This document shows, piece after piece, positions 30,505 through 41,026 of a DNA stretch of 64,000 nucleotides. A program made the position numbers and the translations under genes. Source of the stretch: Methanothermococcus sp. Ax23 (GTDB lineage Archaea; AGJL01; Methanococci; Methanococcales; Methanococcaceae); the NCBI RefSeq assembly GCF_049075655.1, contig NZ_CP157522.1, positions 576,001-640,000 of the forward strand, in the 5' to 3' direction. Under the pieces are notes generated by a model. The model did no database searches. It had not been told where the DNA came from and worked only from the letters and a program-made list of their open reading frames with translations. The first letter of the stretch is position 1, and every line of letters begins with the position of its first letter.

Positions 30505-31725
30505 TTAATCGGATTTTTTTAAAATATTCATAAATTCGTCAATGGCTTCCTTTACTGTGTTTTTATCTGTTTTAATTACATTGATATAATTGTTTCCAAG
30601 GGCATTATAGGTTCCTGTGCCAATATCTTTAACAATAACTGCATTAATACCATTGTCCATTAAAAATTCCGTAATTTTTATGCCTCTTTTCTTATCCAAA
30701 TCTTTTGCAGGGTTTTCTTTTACTTCAATATCTTTTATATTATATTCATAAGAATCAACACTTGCAATTACAAAATATTTTGCAAGAGAAAATTTATCTG
30801 CTATCGCCGAGCTCATCACATCATTATCATTTATTACATTAATTGGAACTGCCACTTTGATATATCTTTTTTTGATGGGGTCAATATGGACAGTTATATC
30901 GGATATGTTTTTTATATTTTCTTTTATTTTATCTACAACATCTTCTGAAATCTTATGGGCAGATTTAAAGGATAAATTTTCATCCACTTCAATGTGCATA
31001 TCGCAGAATATAAATGGTCCAGATTTTCTAGCTTTTAAATGGTGAGCTCCTTCAACCCCATTTACACTTAATGTTATATTCTTTATTTGCTCAACTGTTT
31101 CTTCATCGCAAAAATCCATCAGCATATAAATATCCTTTTTAATCATTTTCAATCCCAAACCAATTACAATTAGGCTTATTATTCCCCCGACAATTGGTTC
31201 CAGAATGTAGTATCCAAAATAAGAGCCCACTACTGCAAACAATACTGCAATTGTGGTGTAGAAATCCACCAATGAGTGAGCTCCCTCCCCAACCATTGCA
31301 TCAGAACCTATTTCCTTTCCAACCTTTGCCTTATATTTATAAAGATAGTATGTAACTGCAAGGGAAACCAATACTGCAAAAATTACTGCAAAATGGTGGT
31401 GTATTGGTGTAGGATTGCCAAATTTTTCAATAGATTGTCGTAGTGTTTCAATACCAGTTATAAAAATGATAAATGATACTGCAAAGGATGCAAGGGTTTC
31501 TGCTCTGCTGTATCCGTATGGAAATTTAGCATTTGGCTCTTTTTGAGCAAGTTTTAATCCAAAATACACTGCAATAGGTCCCAATACATCAGATAATGAG
31601 TGTAGAGCATCAGCTACAAGAGCCACACTTCCGGAAATATATCCAATAATGCCCTTCAATACTGCAATAAATAATGTCAATATGGCACTAATTACCATGA
31701 CCTTTTTTCCTTTTTCAATATTCAT
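30505..31725 (-). CDS. Cation diffusion facilitator with C-terminal NifB/NifX-like domain
   Basis: ADALHSLSD, FPYGY, HSLVD, VHIDP, then VAVP...ENP tail. Confidence 0.88.
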   Translation of the reverse strand: MNIEKGKKVMVISAILTLFIAVLKGIIGYISGSVALVADALHSLSDVLGPIAVYFGLKLAQKEPNAKFPYGYSRAETLASFAVSFIIFITGIETLRQSIEKFGNPTPIHHHFAVIFAVLVSLAVTYYLYKYKAKVGKEIGSDAMVGEGAHSLVDFYTTIAVLFAVVGSYFGYYILEPIVGGIISLIVIGLGLKMIKKDIYMLMDFCDEETVEQIKNITLSVNGVEGAHHLKARKSGPFIFCDMHIEVDENLSFKSAHKISEDVVDKIKENIKNISDITVHIDPIKKRYIKVAVPINVINDNDVMSSAIADKFSLAKYFVIASVDSYEYNIKDIEVKENPAKDLDKKRGIKITEFLMDNGINAVIVKDIGTGTYNALGNNYINVIKTDKNTVKEAIDEFMNILKKSD

Positions 31726-31868
31726 CTTTTCACTATTAAAAAATTTAATACCAAATATTAAATAATATACTTTTAATCTAATTATGTTATATATTTGATT
31801 GCATCTTATTTCTACTTTATTTTATTTATTCCACCATTATATAATTATAATTATTACGGGTGATTAAT

Positions 31869-32603
31869 TTGATTTTAAGCATAGACATTGGTTCAACCAC
31901 AACAAAAATGGTGTTAATGGACGATAAAAATAACATAGAAAATTATATGGTAAAAAATATAGGCGTGGTTATTGAAGAGGGAGATATTCTAAATATAGTT
32001 AAGGAATTTGAAAAAAACCATGATATAAACAAAATAGTGGCAACAGGCTATGGAAGGCATAAATTATCCTTTGTAGATAAGGTAGTTCCAGAGGTCATAG
32101 CACTTGGAAAGGGAGCTCACTATTTTTTTGAAGGAGCTCATGGAGTCATAGATATAGGAGGTCAGGACAGCAAAGTATTAAAAATAAATGATAAAGGGGA
32201 TGTTTTGGATTTTATACTATCTGATAAATGTGCCGCAGGAACTGGAAAATTCTTAGAAAAATGTATCGATATTCTAAAAATAGATGACGATTTAAACGAC
32301 TATAAATCAGACAATATAGCAAAAATATCTTCAATGTGTGCAGTCTTTGCAGAAAGTGAAATAATTTCCTTACTGTCTAAAAGAACCCCGAAGGAAGATA
32401 TATTAATGGGAGTTTATGAGAGTATCTCAAACAGGATTGTTCCAATGGTCAATAAATTAAAGCTAAATAATATAGTATTTAGCGGCGGTGTTGCAAAAAA
32501 CAGAGTGTTGATTGAACTTTTGGAAAAAAAATTAGATAAAAAGCTATTGGTTCCAGATGAACCCCAAATAGTTTGTTGCGTTGGTGCTGGTTTAATGGTT
32601 TAA
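31869..32603 (+). CDS. Acyl-CoA dehydratase activase family ATPase
   Basis: DIGSTTTK, TGYGR, DIGGQDSK, KCAAGTG, CAVFAESE; TTG start behind GGTGA. Confidence 0.88.
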   Translation: MILSIDIGSTTTKMVLMDDKNNIENYMVKNIGVVIEEGDILNIVKEFEKNHDINKIVATGYGRHKLSFVDKVVPEVIALGKGAHYFFEGAHGVIDIGGQDSKVLKINDKGDVLDFILSDKCAAGTGKFLEKCIDILKIDDDLNDYKSDNIAKISSMCAVFAESEIISLLSKRTPKEDILMGVYESISNRIVPMVNKLKLNNIVFSGGVAKNRVLIELLEKKLDKKLLVPDEPQIVCCVGAGLMV

Positions 32604-32722
32604 TGAACATTGTGATAAAAAATATAACCAAAACTTTATATTTTGCCAAACTATATAGTTTAAATGAGATGTTATATATTTTATATACTTATTAATTCAC
32701 ACTTTGCTTTTTTGGTGTTAAA

Positions 32723-34138
32723 ATGGAATATATATCTAATTTAAAGAGAGCTGTTAAGACCCTTCGAAAAAACAGAAAAAACAATATATTGATATATACA
32801 CATATAGATACTGATGGCATCACTTCGAGGGTGATTTTAGAGGAGCTCCTACACAGATTAAACATAGAGGCAGAATTTAGATTTTTAAAACAACTTGGTG
32901 TTGATTCCATTGAAGATATTCCATTTAAGGACTATGATTTAATAATTTTTGCAGATTTGGGAAGTGGGCAGATTAATCTTATAAAAGAAAAAATGGAAGA
33001 ATACAACCTATTGGACAGAAAGGATAAAAATATAATCATTTTAGACCACCACATACCTGCAAATACGAATATTCCAGAAAATATAATAAATGTGAATCCT
33101 TGGAACAACAATATCGACGGAGGAAAGGAAATTTGCGGTGCTGGTGTGTCCTATTTATTTGCGAAAATGTGCAACCCCCGAAATATCGACTTGGCAAAAT
33201 ATGCCGTTCTTGGTGCAGTTGGAGATATTCAAAATTTAGAAGGCAAATTCACAGGATTTAATAGAATTATATTAAACGATGCGGTAGAGGCAGGGGACAT
33301 TGTAGCATTTCCAGACCTTCAATTTTACGGAAAGCACACAAAACCTATTTTTGCATCTATTAAGTATTTTACAGATGTTAGAACCGACTTGATGAACAAC
33401 GATTCAAGGATTATAAACTTTATAAACAATATAAATAGAAAATACAATTTAGACATTATACCAAAAGAAAGCCTATGCGATTTGTCCTTTGACGAAAAAA
33501 GGATTCTTGGAAGCGAATTTTTAAATAAATGCAATAGATATGTTCCTTCCAATTGGGCGAGATTTCTTCCAAAGGTAATATTCGGAGAAAGCTATGAATT
33601 TAAAAAGGAGGAGATAAAAACACCATTTAGAAATTTAGAGGAGTTTTCAACCTGCATAAATGCCTGTTCCAGATATGAAGATTATGAAACTCCCCTTAAA
33701 GTTTTAAAAGGAGATAGGGAAAAATATTACGATAAAATGAAATCACGACTAAATGCCCATAAAAGAAACCTTTCAAAATCACTCCAATATATAAAAGATA
33801 ATGTTGAAATAATCCAGAAAGACAAATTTCAATACTTTGAAGTGGAAAATGGCACAATAGAGGGAAGTATAATTGGGATTGTAGCTGGAATGAGCTATTC
33901 AATAGAAGAGGTAGATTGGAAAAAGCCCATATTTGCAATAGGGGAAATGGATAATGGTTATAAAGTATCTGCCAGATGTCCAAAGCTCTTATCATTTGCC
34001 GAAGACATAAACCTTGCCGATGCCATAAGCTACGCATCTAAAAAAGTTGGAGGAAGCGGTGGAGGGCATAAATTTGCCTGCGGTGCATATATTCCAGAAA
34101 AAAAGGATTTTATAAGGCATCTTGAAAACAAACTATAA
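32723..34138 (+). CDS. RecJ-like DHH-family single-strand exonuclease
   Basis: HIDTDG, DLGS, DHH, VGDIQ, GGGH. Confidence 0.9.
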   Translation: MEYISNLKRAVKTLRKNRKNNILIYTHIDTDGITSRVILEELLHRLNIEAEFRFLKQLGVDSIEDIPFKDYDLIIFADLGSGQINLIKEKMEEYNLLDRKDKNIIILDHHIPANTNIPENIINVNPWNNNIDGGKEICGAGVSYLFAKMCNPRNIDLAKYAVLGAVGDIQNLEGKFTGFNRIILNDAVEAGDIVAFPDLQFYGKHTKPIFASIKYFTDVRTDLMNNDSRIINFINNINRKYNLDIIPKESLCDLSFDEKRILGSEFLNKCNRYVPSNWARFLPKVIFGESYEFKKEEIKTPFRNLEEFSTCINACSRYEDYETPLKVLKGDREKYYDKMKSRLNAHKRNLSKSLQYIKDNVEIIQKDKFQYFEVENGTIEGSIIGIVAGMSYSIEEVDWKKPIFAIGEMDNGYKVSARCPKLLSFAEDINLADAISYASKKVGGSGGGHKFACGAYIPEKKDFIRHLENKL

Positions 34139-34209
34139 TTAAATTATAATTATTTTATAAAATTACTCAATCATAAAAATAAAAACTTAAAAGATTTAAA
34201 AGTGATTTT

Positions 34210-35487
34210 ATGTATAACAACGATAAATTTAAAAATACATTTAAAGAGGATACAAAATTTGCATCAAAGTATGAAATTGATGTAATTAATAGATTAACTG
34301 GTTTAAATTTTGATTATGATGATTTAATACTGCTTGAAAAACTTGCAGGGGATGATTACAGGAAAAGAATGTATTTAGATGAAAATACACAAATTGGAAT
34401 ACTTGAATTTGATTTAATTGATTTAGATTGGAAATTTACTCCGTCCCCTTATTATTATCAGTTGGTAGATGAAAAGAAAATAATACTAAAACCTACAAAA
34501 AGAAGATTAAAGGGGAAGTATTTAAAAGAAGAATATGTTGAAAATATTGACGAATACAAAAGTATAGTGGAAGATACGAACTATTTTGTCGGTATTGACA
34601 TAGGGACATTTTTAGGAGTTGGAATAAAAAGAAATGATAGAATAAAATTGAAGGACTTAAAAAGGAAAAAAGAAGAAATTAATATTAATAAAATAAACGA
34701 TTATTTAGAGAAAAACAAAAAAAGAATGGATTATCTTGTAAAATCATCAAAAAATATCCTTAAAAAATATATCAACAAATATAAAAACAAAGGGTATGTA
34801 ATAAATGTATCATTTAGTGGCGGAAAGGATAGTGCAGTTTCCACACTTTTGGCAAAAGAGATGATAGAGGATATTGATGTTTTATTTATCGACACAGGTT
34901 TGGAGTATCCTGAAACGATGAAATATGTTAAAGATTTTGCAAAAAAATACGATTTGAATCTGCACACTATAAACGGCGATTACTTTTGGGATGAATTGGA
35001 TAAAGAAGGTATTCCTACAAAAGATAACAGATGGTGCAATAGCGTTTGTAAGCTGATGCCATTGAAGAGCTTCTTTATGGAAAATTATCCAAATAAAAAA
35101 ATATTAACAATTGATGGTTCGAGAAAATTCGAGAGCTTTGCACGGGCAAATTTGGATTATACTAGAAAAAGTGGATTTATAGACTTTCAAACTAATGTAT
35201 TTCCAATACTTGATTGGAACGCTGTTGATGTGTGGAGTTATATTTATTTAAATGATGTTCTTTATAATCCAATGTATGATAAAGGGTTTGAAAGGATAGG
35301 GTGTTATATGTGCCCAGCCGCACTTAACAGCGAATTTTTAAGAGTAAGAGAGCTCCACCCAAACCTATGGGAAAGATGGGCAAACTATTTAAAAAAATAC
35401 TACTCAGAAGATGATATATTGAGGGGATTTTGGAGATGGGATGAGCTCCCTCCAAAGATGATAGAAATTAAGAAAAATTTAAAATAG
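34210..35487 (+). CDS. PAPS/APS reductase family protein
   Basis: SFSGGKDS, DTGLE, RWCNSVCK, RIGCYMCP. Confidence 0.87.
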   Translation: MYNNDKFKNTFKEDTKFASKYEIDVINRLTGLNFDYDDLILLEKLAGDDYRKRMYLDENTQIGILEFDLIDLDWKFTPSPYYYQLVDEKKIILKPTKRRLKGKYLKEEYVENIDEYKSIVEDTNYFVGIDIGTFLGVGIKRNDRIKLKDLKRKKEEININKINDYLEKNKKRMDYLVKSSKNILKKYINKYKNKGYVINVSFSGGKDSAVSTLLAKEMIEDIDVLFIDTGLEYPETMKYVKDFAKKYDLNLHTINGDYFWDELDKEGIPTKDNRWCNSVCKLMPLKSFFMENYPNKKILTIDGSRKFESFARANLDYTRKSGFIDFQTNVFPILDWNAVDVWSYIYLNDVLYNPMYDKGFERIGCYMCPAALNSEFLRVRELHPNLWERWANYLKKYYSEDDILRGFWRWDELPPKMIEIKKNLK

Positions 35488-35555
35488 AACAAAATAAATG
35501 TAATTAAAATAGATTAAATATAGCTAATAAAAATGATAATAATAAAGGTGATATT

Positions 35556-36323
35556 GTGGATAAAAAAATAACAATCGTTGGAGCTGGTCCCGGAGACCCT
35601 GAGTTGATAACATTAAAAGGAAAAAAAGCCATAGAAAACGCAGATATATTAATATATGCTGGCTCTCTTGTTAATAGGGAAGTTTTAAACTACAACAAAA
35701 AGAATGCAAAAATATACAACAGTGCAACAATGAACTTGGGAGAAATTATTGATGTAATTGTTGATGGTGTGGAAAAGGGCTTAAATGTTGTAAGGGTGCA
35801 TACGGGAGACCCATCCATATATGGAGCAATAAAAGAGCAAATTGATGAATTGAAAAAACATAATATAGATGTTGATATTATCCCAGGAGTCACTTCCTTA
35901 TTTGCAGCAACCAGTTCATTGAAGGCAGAATTAACTCTTCCAGAAGTCTCCCAAACTATAATAATTACAAGACCTGAGGGAAGAACTCCAAAACCTAAAA
36001 AAGAAAAAATAAAAGATTTGGCAAAACATCAAGCTACTATGGCAATATATTTAGGCGTTGGTATGATTGATAAGGTTGTAAATGATTTAATTGAGGGAGG
36101 ATATAATGAAGATACACCTGTTGCCGTAGTTTATCACGCATCATGGGAGGATGAGAAGATTATTAAAGGAGCTCTAAAAAATATATCCAATAAAGTTAAA
36201 AACGCAGGCATTACAAAAACGGCATTGATTATAGTAGGGGATGTTTTAGACCCAAAATACTATGAATATTCAAAATTATACGACAAAGATTTTGAGACAG
36301 AATATAGAAAGGTTAAACACTAA
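35556..36323 (+). CDS. cbiF: Cobalt-precorrin-4 C11-methyltransferase
   Basis: VGAGPGDPELIT, YAGSLV, GDPSIYGA, SKLYD. Confidence 0.92.
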   Translation: MDKKITIVGAGPGDPELITLKGKKAIENADILIYAGSLVNREVLNYNKKNAKIYNSATMNLGEIIDVIVDGVEKGLNVVRVHTGDPSIYGAIKEQIDELKKHNIDVDIIPGVTSLFAATSSLKAELTLPEVSQTIIITRPEGRTPKPKKEKIKDLAKHQATMAIYLGVGMIDKVVNDLIEGGYNEDTPVAVVYHASWEDEKIIKGALKNISNKVKNAGITKTALIIVGDVLDPKYYEYSKLYDKDFETEYRKVKH

Positions 36324-36353
36324 CTGCAAACTAATTGCAATAAGCTCAACTAT

Positions 36354-36413
36354 TATAGTCAATCTACGAACATTTATGACCCATTTAAGGACACCTCATG
36401 TAGATTGACTATA
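36354..36413. repeat. 14-bp perfect inverted repeat, possible TA-targeting mini-element
   Basis: TATAGTCAATCTAC (36354-36367) and GTAGATTGACTATA (36400-36413), 32-bp spacer. Confidence 0.6.
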
Positions 36414-37327
36414 TTTTGAATACCAATAGCCACCAATACATCATCTTTTTTTACCATAAAATCACTTTTTGGATTAGTTATTAACTCTCCATCTCTTAAA
36501 ATCCCAATAATAGTTAAATTTTTATCATTTTTTAAATTTACAAATATGTCTATAAACTTTGTATCTCCACCATCCCACTTAATTTCAAAAATATCACTAC
36601 CGTATTTACATGTGCTGGTGTCTTCAAAGAACATAACTACTGAGCTCTCAAATATGGAACTTGCCATCAACCTACCTGCAAACCCTTCGGATAATATAAC
36701 AAAATCAGCACCTGAATGTTTTAACAAATCAAAATTATCGTCCTTTATACATTTCACTATTATTGTGGCTCTTGGATTTAACTGCCTTACAATTAAAGTG
36801 ATTAAAATAGTCTTAGAATCATCGTTTGTAGAGATTATTACATACTTTGCTTTATCAATACCTGCTTTATTTAGAACCTCTTTGTCGTCCAATTCACCCA
36901 TTACGTAATCATGACCATAAACGGAAGATTCTGAAACTATAACTACATCTTCTTTTATGTTATTTGCCCTTAACTCATCCAAACATTCCTTACTTGCTTC
37001 ATTCCACCCTATTATAACAATGTGGTCTTTCTTTTTCATAGACAACAACCCCTGAAACTTCGCTATATTTGTATCAACAATATAACTTATCATCAAACTA
37101 GCCAATGTCGAATATACTCCTATCCCCGTTAAGGCTATAGCTATTGCTAAGAACCTGCCATATGTAGTTTGTGGAGTAATGTCCCCATAACCTATTGTAG
37201 TCATGGATATTATAGTCCAATACAAACTATCTAAAAAACTTACATGTTCCATTATTGAAAAGGCAATTGAATAAACTATGGTTAAAACTGCAAATATACC
37301 AAACATTATTAAAAAACTGTTTTTCAT
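36374..37327 (-). CDS. Potassium channel with RCK (TrkA-N/C) domain
   Basis: Selectivity filter TTIGYGD, HIVIIGW Rossmann motif. Confidence 0.92.
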   Translation of the reverse strand: MKNSFLIMFGIFAVLTIVYSIAFSIMEHVSFLDSLYWTIISMTTIGYGDITPQTTYGRFLAIAIALTGIGVYSTLASLMISYIVDTNIAKFQGLLSMKKKDHIVIIGWNEASKECLDELRANNIKEDVVIVSESSVYGHDYVMGELDDKEVLNKAGIDKAKYVIISTNDDSKTILITLIVRQLNPRATIIVKCIKDDNFDLLKHSGADFVILSEGFAGRLMASSIFESSVVMFFEDTSTCKYGSDIFEIKWDGGDTKFIDIFVNLKNDKNLTIIGILRDGELITNPKSDFMVKKDDVLVAIGIQNIVNLHEVSLNGS

Positions 37328-37453
37328 ATTATCACTTGGTATTGCATGTCATGTGGGGAATTGATTTAGTCCATGTTTGAAATAATTAATTTGACTTAAA
37401 TTATACACCTTTTTTATTTTTCAGCAGGATTATTTAACAACCTGTGTAAATTC

Positions 37454-37645
37454 TTAGATTTTACTCGATATTATTTTTATATCTGTTTTTCTTGTAATAT
37501 CTTCCTCTGTTTCAAGCAATTTATTTAATCTGTTTTTTAAATCTTCAATATCTCTCGATTCATCTATTATCTCCCTTAAAAATTCTATATCCGAGACATA
37601 AGGCCCAACTTCCATCAATATAGCATTTTTTTCTTCAATGTTCAT
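37454..37645 (-). CDS. Small hypothetical protein
   Basis: 63 aa, AGGTGA SD, directly behind the DUF2304 gene. Confidence 0.7.
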   Translation of the reverse strand: MNIEEKNAILMEVGPYVSDIEFLREIIDESRDIEDLKNRLNKLLETEEDITRKTDIKIISSKI

Positions 37646-37649
37646 TTAA

Positions 37650-37991
37650 TCACCTTTTTTCTTTTTTCTCCCTTTCTATTATTGCAATTTCCCTTACAAC
37701 TGTTGTTATTTCCCTTTCAATATTCTCCATCTTAACATATATTCTATATATTAAATAAAACAATACGATAATTGCAAGATATATCAGAACATCTACACCC
37801 CTACCAACACCAGTTAAGGTTGCCAGGTATCCCAAAGTTCTTGGAAATACAACTGATGAAATCACAGCCATCCAGACAAATATCCAAAATATAGCAGAAT
37901 CCCTACTCATGGCATTTGCCCTTACCTGTAATATTACCCTCGATATTGCAAAGACTGCAAAAATAATTGCAAGTATTTGAATTAGTTGCAT
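37650..37991 (-). CDS. DUF2304 family membrane protein
   Basis: GVGRGVD, EREIT.VVREIA. Confidence 0.85.
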   Translation of the reverse strand: MQLIQILAIIFAVFAISRVILQVRANAMSRDSAIFWIFVWMAVISSVVFPRTLGYLATLTGVGRGVDVLIYLAIIVLFYLIYRIYVKMENIEREITTVVREIAIIEREKKEKR

Positions 37992-38098
37992 AATTCACCC
38001 CTATTATCAATAATATTAAAATAAATTATTAAGAATACGATATATTAGTGATATAAATTTATATCTAATGATTTGATATATATTATTTTGGTGATTTA

Positions 38099-39013
38099 AT
38101 GAAGATGAAGCATTTGATATCTATAAAAGATATTGGAAAAAAAGAAATTTTAAAGATATTGGATGAATCGGAAAAAATGGAAGAATTGCTAAAATCTAAA
38201 AAAGTGATAAACATTATGGATGGAAAAATACTTGCCACTTTATTTTATGAACCCTCCACAAGAACAAGATTATCTTTTGAAACTGCAATGAAGAGGCTCG
38301 GAGGAACTGTAATAGGATTTACAGATATAAAAAATACATCTGTTATGAAAGGAGAAAGTTTGATGGATACCATACGGGTCATTAGCGGATATGCCGATAT
38401 AATTGCGATACGGCATCCATCCGAAGGCTCTGCAAGGTTGGCAAGTGAGTATGCAACTGTTCCTGTGATAAATGCGGGCGACGGTTCAAACCAGCACCCT
38501 ACCCAAACACTACTTGATTTATACACCATAAAACGAGAAATAGGAAAAATAGATGGAATAAAAATTGCATTTATTGGAGATTTAAAATATGGAAGAACGG
38601 TTCATTCATTATGCTACGCACTCTCTCTCTTTGATGATGTGGAAATAGTGTTTATTTCACCAGAAGAACTTAAAATACCAAAAGAAATAATAGAAGATTT
38701 AAAGAAAAAAGGAAATGTTAAATTTTCTGAAAAATGCCATATAGATTTAACAGATGTTGATGTGGCATACATGACGCGAATTCAAAAAGAGAGATTTCCA
38801 GATTTAAATGAATATCAAAAGGTAAAAGGAATATACAAACTCACAAAAGAGCACATATGCGATAAAAATTTAATTGTTATGCATCCGCTTCCAAGAGTTG
38901 ATGAAGTGGATTCAAATGTGGATGAGCTCCCACAGGCGAAATATTTTGAACAATCATTCTATGGAGTTCCTGTGAGAATGGCAATCTTAAAAATGCTTTT
39001 GGAAAATGAATAA
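38099..39013 (+). CDS. pyrB: Aspartate carbamoyltransferase catalytic subunit
   Basis: FYEPSTRT, HPTQ, RIQKER, MHPLP. Confidence 0.96.
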   Translation: MKMKHLISIKDIGKKEILKILDESEKMEELLKSKKVINIMDGKILATLFYEPSTRTRLSFETAMKRLGGTVIGFTDIKNTSVMKGESLMDTIRVISGYADIIAIRHPSEGSARLASEYATVPVINAGDGSNQHPTQTLLDLYTIKREIGKIDGIKIAFIGDLKYGRTVHSLCYALSLFDDVEIVFISPEELKIPKEIIEDLKKKGNVKFSEKCHIDLTDVDVAYMTRIQKERFPDLNEYQKVKGIYKLTKEHICDKNLIVMHPLPRVDEVDSNVDELPQAKYFEQSFYGVPVRMAILKMLLENE

Positions 39014-39216
39014 ATAAATAAAATAAATTTTAAAAAAATAAAAAATATATATCATGATAGTTAATTTTTTATATTATTAATTATATTAAATAAATGCTCG
39101 CATGGCCTCTCGCTTTTTCTTAATTATTATTTATTTAATTTAATCGATAATGCATAAATAATATGGCAATAATATAAACACTAAAACAAATATACTATAA
39201 ATCAACTGGTGATAAA

Positions 39217-39603
39217 ATGGGAATTTGGCAAGGAAAGAGTAAAAGAAAACCTACTGGTGGAAAATACAGATTGGTTGTTAAAAAACACAAAAAAGAAATG
39301 GGTAGAGAACCAGCAGAAACTCACTTAACCGATGAGGTAAAAATAAAAATAGTAAGAGTTGCTGGTGGAAACAAAAAAGTTAAATTATTAAAAACAAACT
39401 ATGCCAATGTAATGGACCCTACAAACAATACATGTAAAAAGGTTGGCATCTTAAATGTAGTTGGAAACGATGCAAATAAACACTACATCAGAAGAAACAT
39501 TATTACAAAAGGAGCTATCATTGAAACAGAAATTGGTAAAGCAAAAGTTACATCAAGACCTGGTCAAGATGGTGTAGTTAATGCTGTTTTAATCAATGAA
39601 TAA
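39217..39603 (+). CDS. rps8e: 30S ribosomal protein S8e
   Basis: [20 protein letters not shown]. Confidence 0.97.
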   Translation: MGIWQGKSKRKPTGGKYRLVVKKHKKEMGREPAETHLTDEVKIKIVRVAGGNKKVKLLKTNYANVMDPTNNTCKKVGILNVVGNDANKHYIRRNIITKGAIIETEIGKAKVTSRPGQDGVVNAVLINE

Positions 39604-39670
39604 CTAAATATTACTAAAAAATAAAAAAATAAAATATCTATTTTTTATTTTATAATGATGATGTTGATGA

Positions 39671-40903
39671 TTATTCTTCATATTCATCCATTTCTTTTTT
39701 CTTTCTCTTTTTATAGATATACCATACAATAATCAATATTAAGAGACCTATTATCATATAATAATAATTTACACTGGATTTAACTTTTGTATGTTCCTTA
39801 AATGTTATATTAAATGTTTTTGAAATATGATATTCATTATGGTAGTCATCAAAATATGTTAAATCAACTTTTACAGGCTGGGTTTCATTTAACTTCCCAT
39901 ATACATTATAGGATACTGTATCATAATCATCTTCATTTAAATCTCCAATATATTTGATATAATTATTGTTTAATTCAGTTATCCCACTTATTTTCAAAAC
40001 ACAGTGTTTTATGGTGGTTGAACCCCTATTTGCCACCCCTATGACTATTTCAGAAGCGTCAGGATTGTATTTATATCCATCCAAATATACAAAAACACTG
40101 TTGTTATGTATTACTTTTACAACCTTTATATTTATGGGAATCGTTGAATTATATATGGTTCCATCTTCCCCAGTCCAATACATTATTGCGGTTATTGGGT
40201 AAATTCCATCATCTGCCTTGGTGAGGGCATAAATTTTTGCTGAAATCTTGCTATTTTCACCAGGTTTTACGGATTTTAAATAGAATGTTGCAGGACCTAC
40301 TATATTGACATTTTCAGTTCCCTTTAAATTGAGCGTTAAGTATTTTGCAATTCCTGTCCCCTTATTTTTAAGTATTATGTCAATATCTTTTGTTTCTGAT
40401 GGAGTTATGTTGTTGCCGTTGTTGGTATCTATCTCAAATTTTGCGATTCCATAAATCGGAAGATAGTATATTTTTGTGAAATTTATTTTATTTTCATATG
40501 TCTCTCCCTTTTTTTCCTCATACTCAGTTGCTACAATATTTACATCAATTCTATAATTTTGAGATGGTGCATCCTCATTTACATGAAGCTTAAAATATAC
40601 AGTATCACTTTCACCAGTATTTAGATGGGATAATGTAGCTGTTCCTTTTATTGGATTTACCTGTTTTACCTCAAATGGATAGTGTGGTGTAATTGTTATT
40701 ATTATATCCTTTACATTTCGGTTGTTGTTGTTTGTTATTTTAAACCACAAATCCACATCATCTCCCGGATGAATTATATTTGGAGATTTTTCATCAGGTA
40801 TTATTTTATCCACCCTATACTGCGGGTCATCGACTATTAATCCATAATTTATAGAGGTTGTTAAAAATATTGTCAAAATTAAAATAGAAAATATTTTTCT
40901 CAT
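39671..40903 (-). CDS. COG1361-type S-layer/Ig-like surface protein
   Basis: Signal peptide, repeated beta-sandwich N.G motifs, C-terminal TM + basic tail; divergent from MacB-type ABC genes. Confidence 0.8.
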   Translation of the reverse strand: MRKIFSILILTIFLTTSINYGLIVDDPQYRVDKIIPDEKSPNIIHPGDDVDLWFKITNNNNRNVKDIIITITPHYPFEVKQVNPIKGTATLSHLNTGESDTVYFKLHVNEDAPSQNYRIDVNIVATEYEEKKGETYENKINFTKIYYLPIYGIAKFEIDTNNGNNITPSETKDIDIILKNKGTGIAKYLTLNLKGTENVNIVGPATFYLKSVKPGENSKISAKIYALTKADDGIYPITAIMYWTGEDGTIYNSTIPINIKVVKVIHNNSVFVYLDGYKYNPDASEIVIGVANRGSTTIKHCVLKISGITELNNNYIKYIGDLNEDDYDTVSYNVYGKLNETQPVKVDLTYFDDYHNEYHISKTFNITFKEHTKVKSSVNYYYMIIGLLILIIVWYIYKKRKKKEMDEYEE

Positions 40904-41026
40904 AATCCCCCTCTTTTAGTTTAAACTATATACATTATATCCATTATAATATATATAATTACATAATATATAGGCATATAATATACATTGATTATCAAAT
41001 ATACCATATTCAAATTTGGTGAAATT

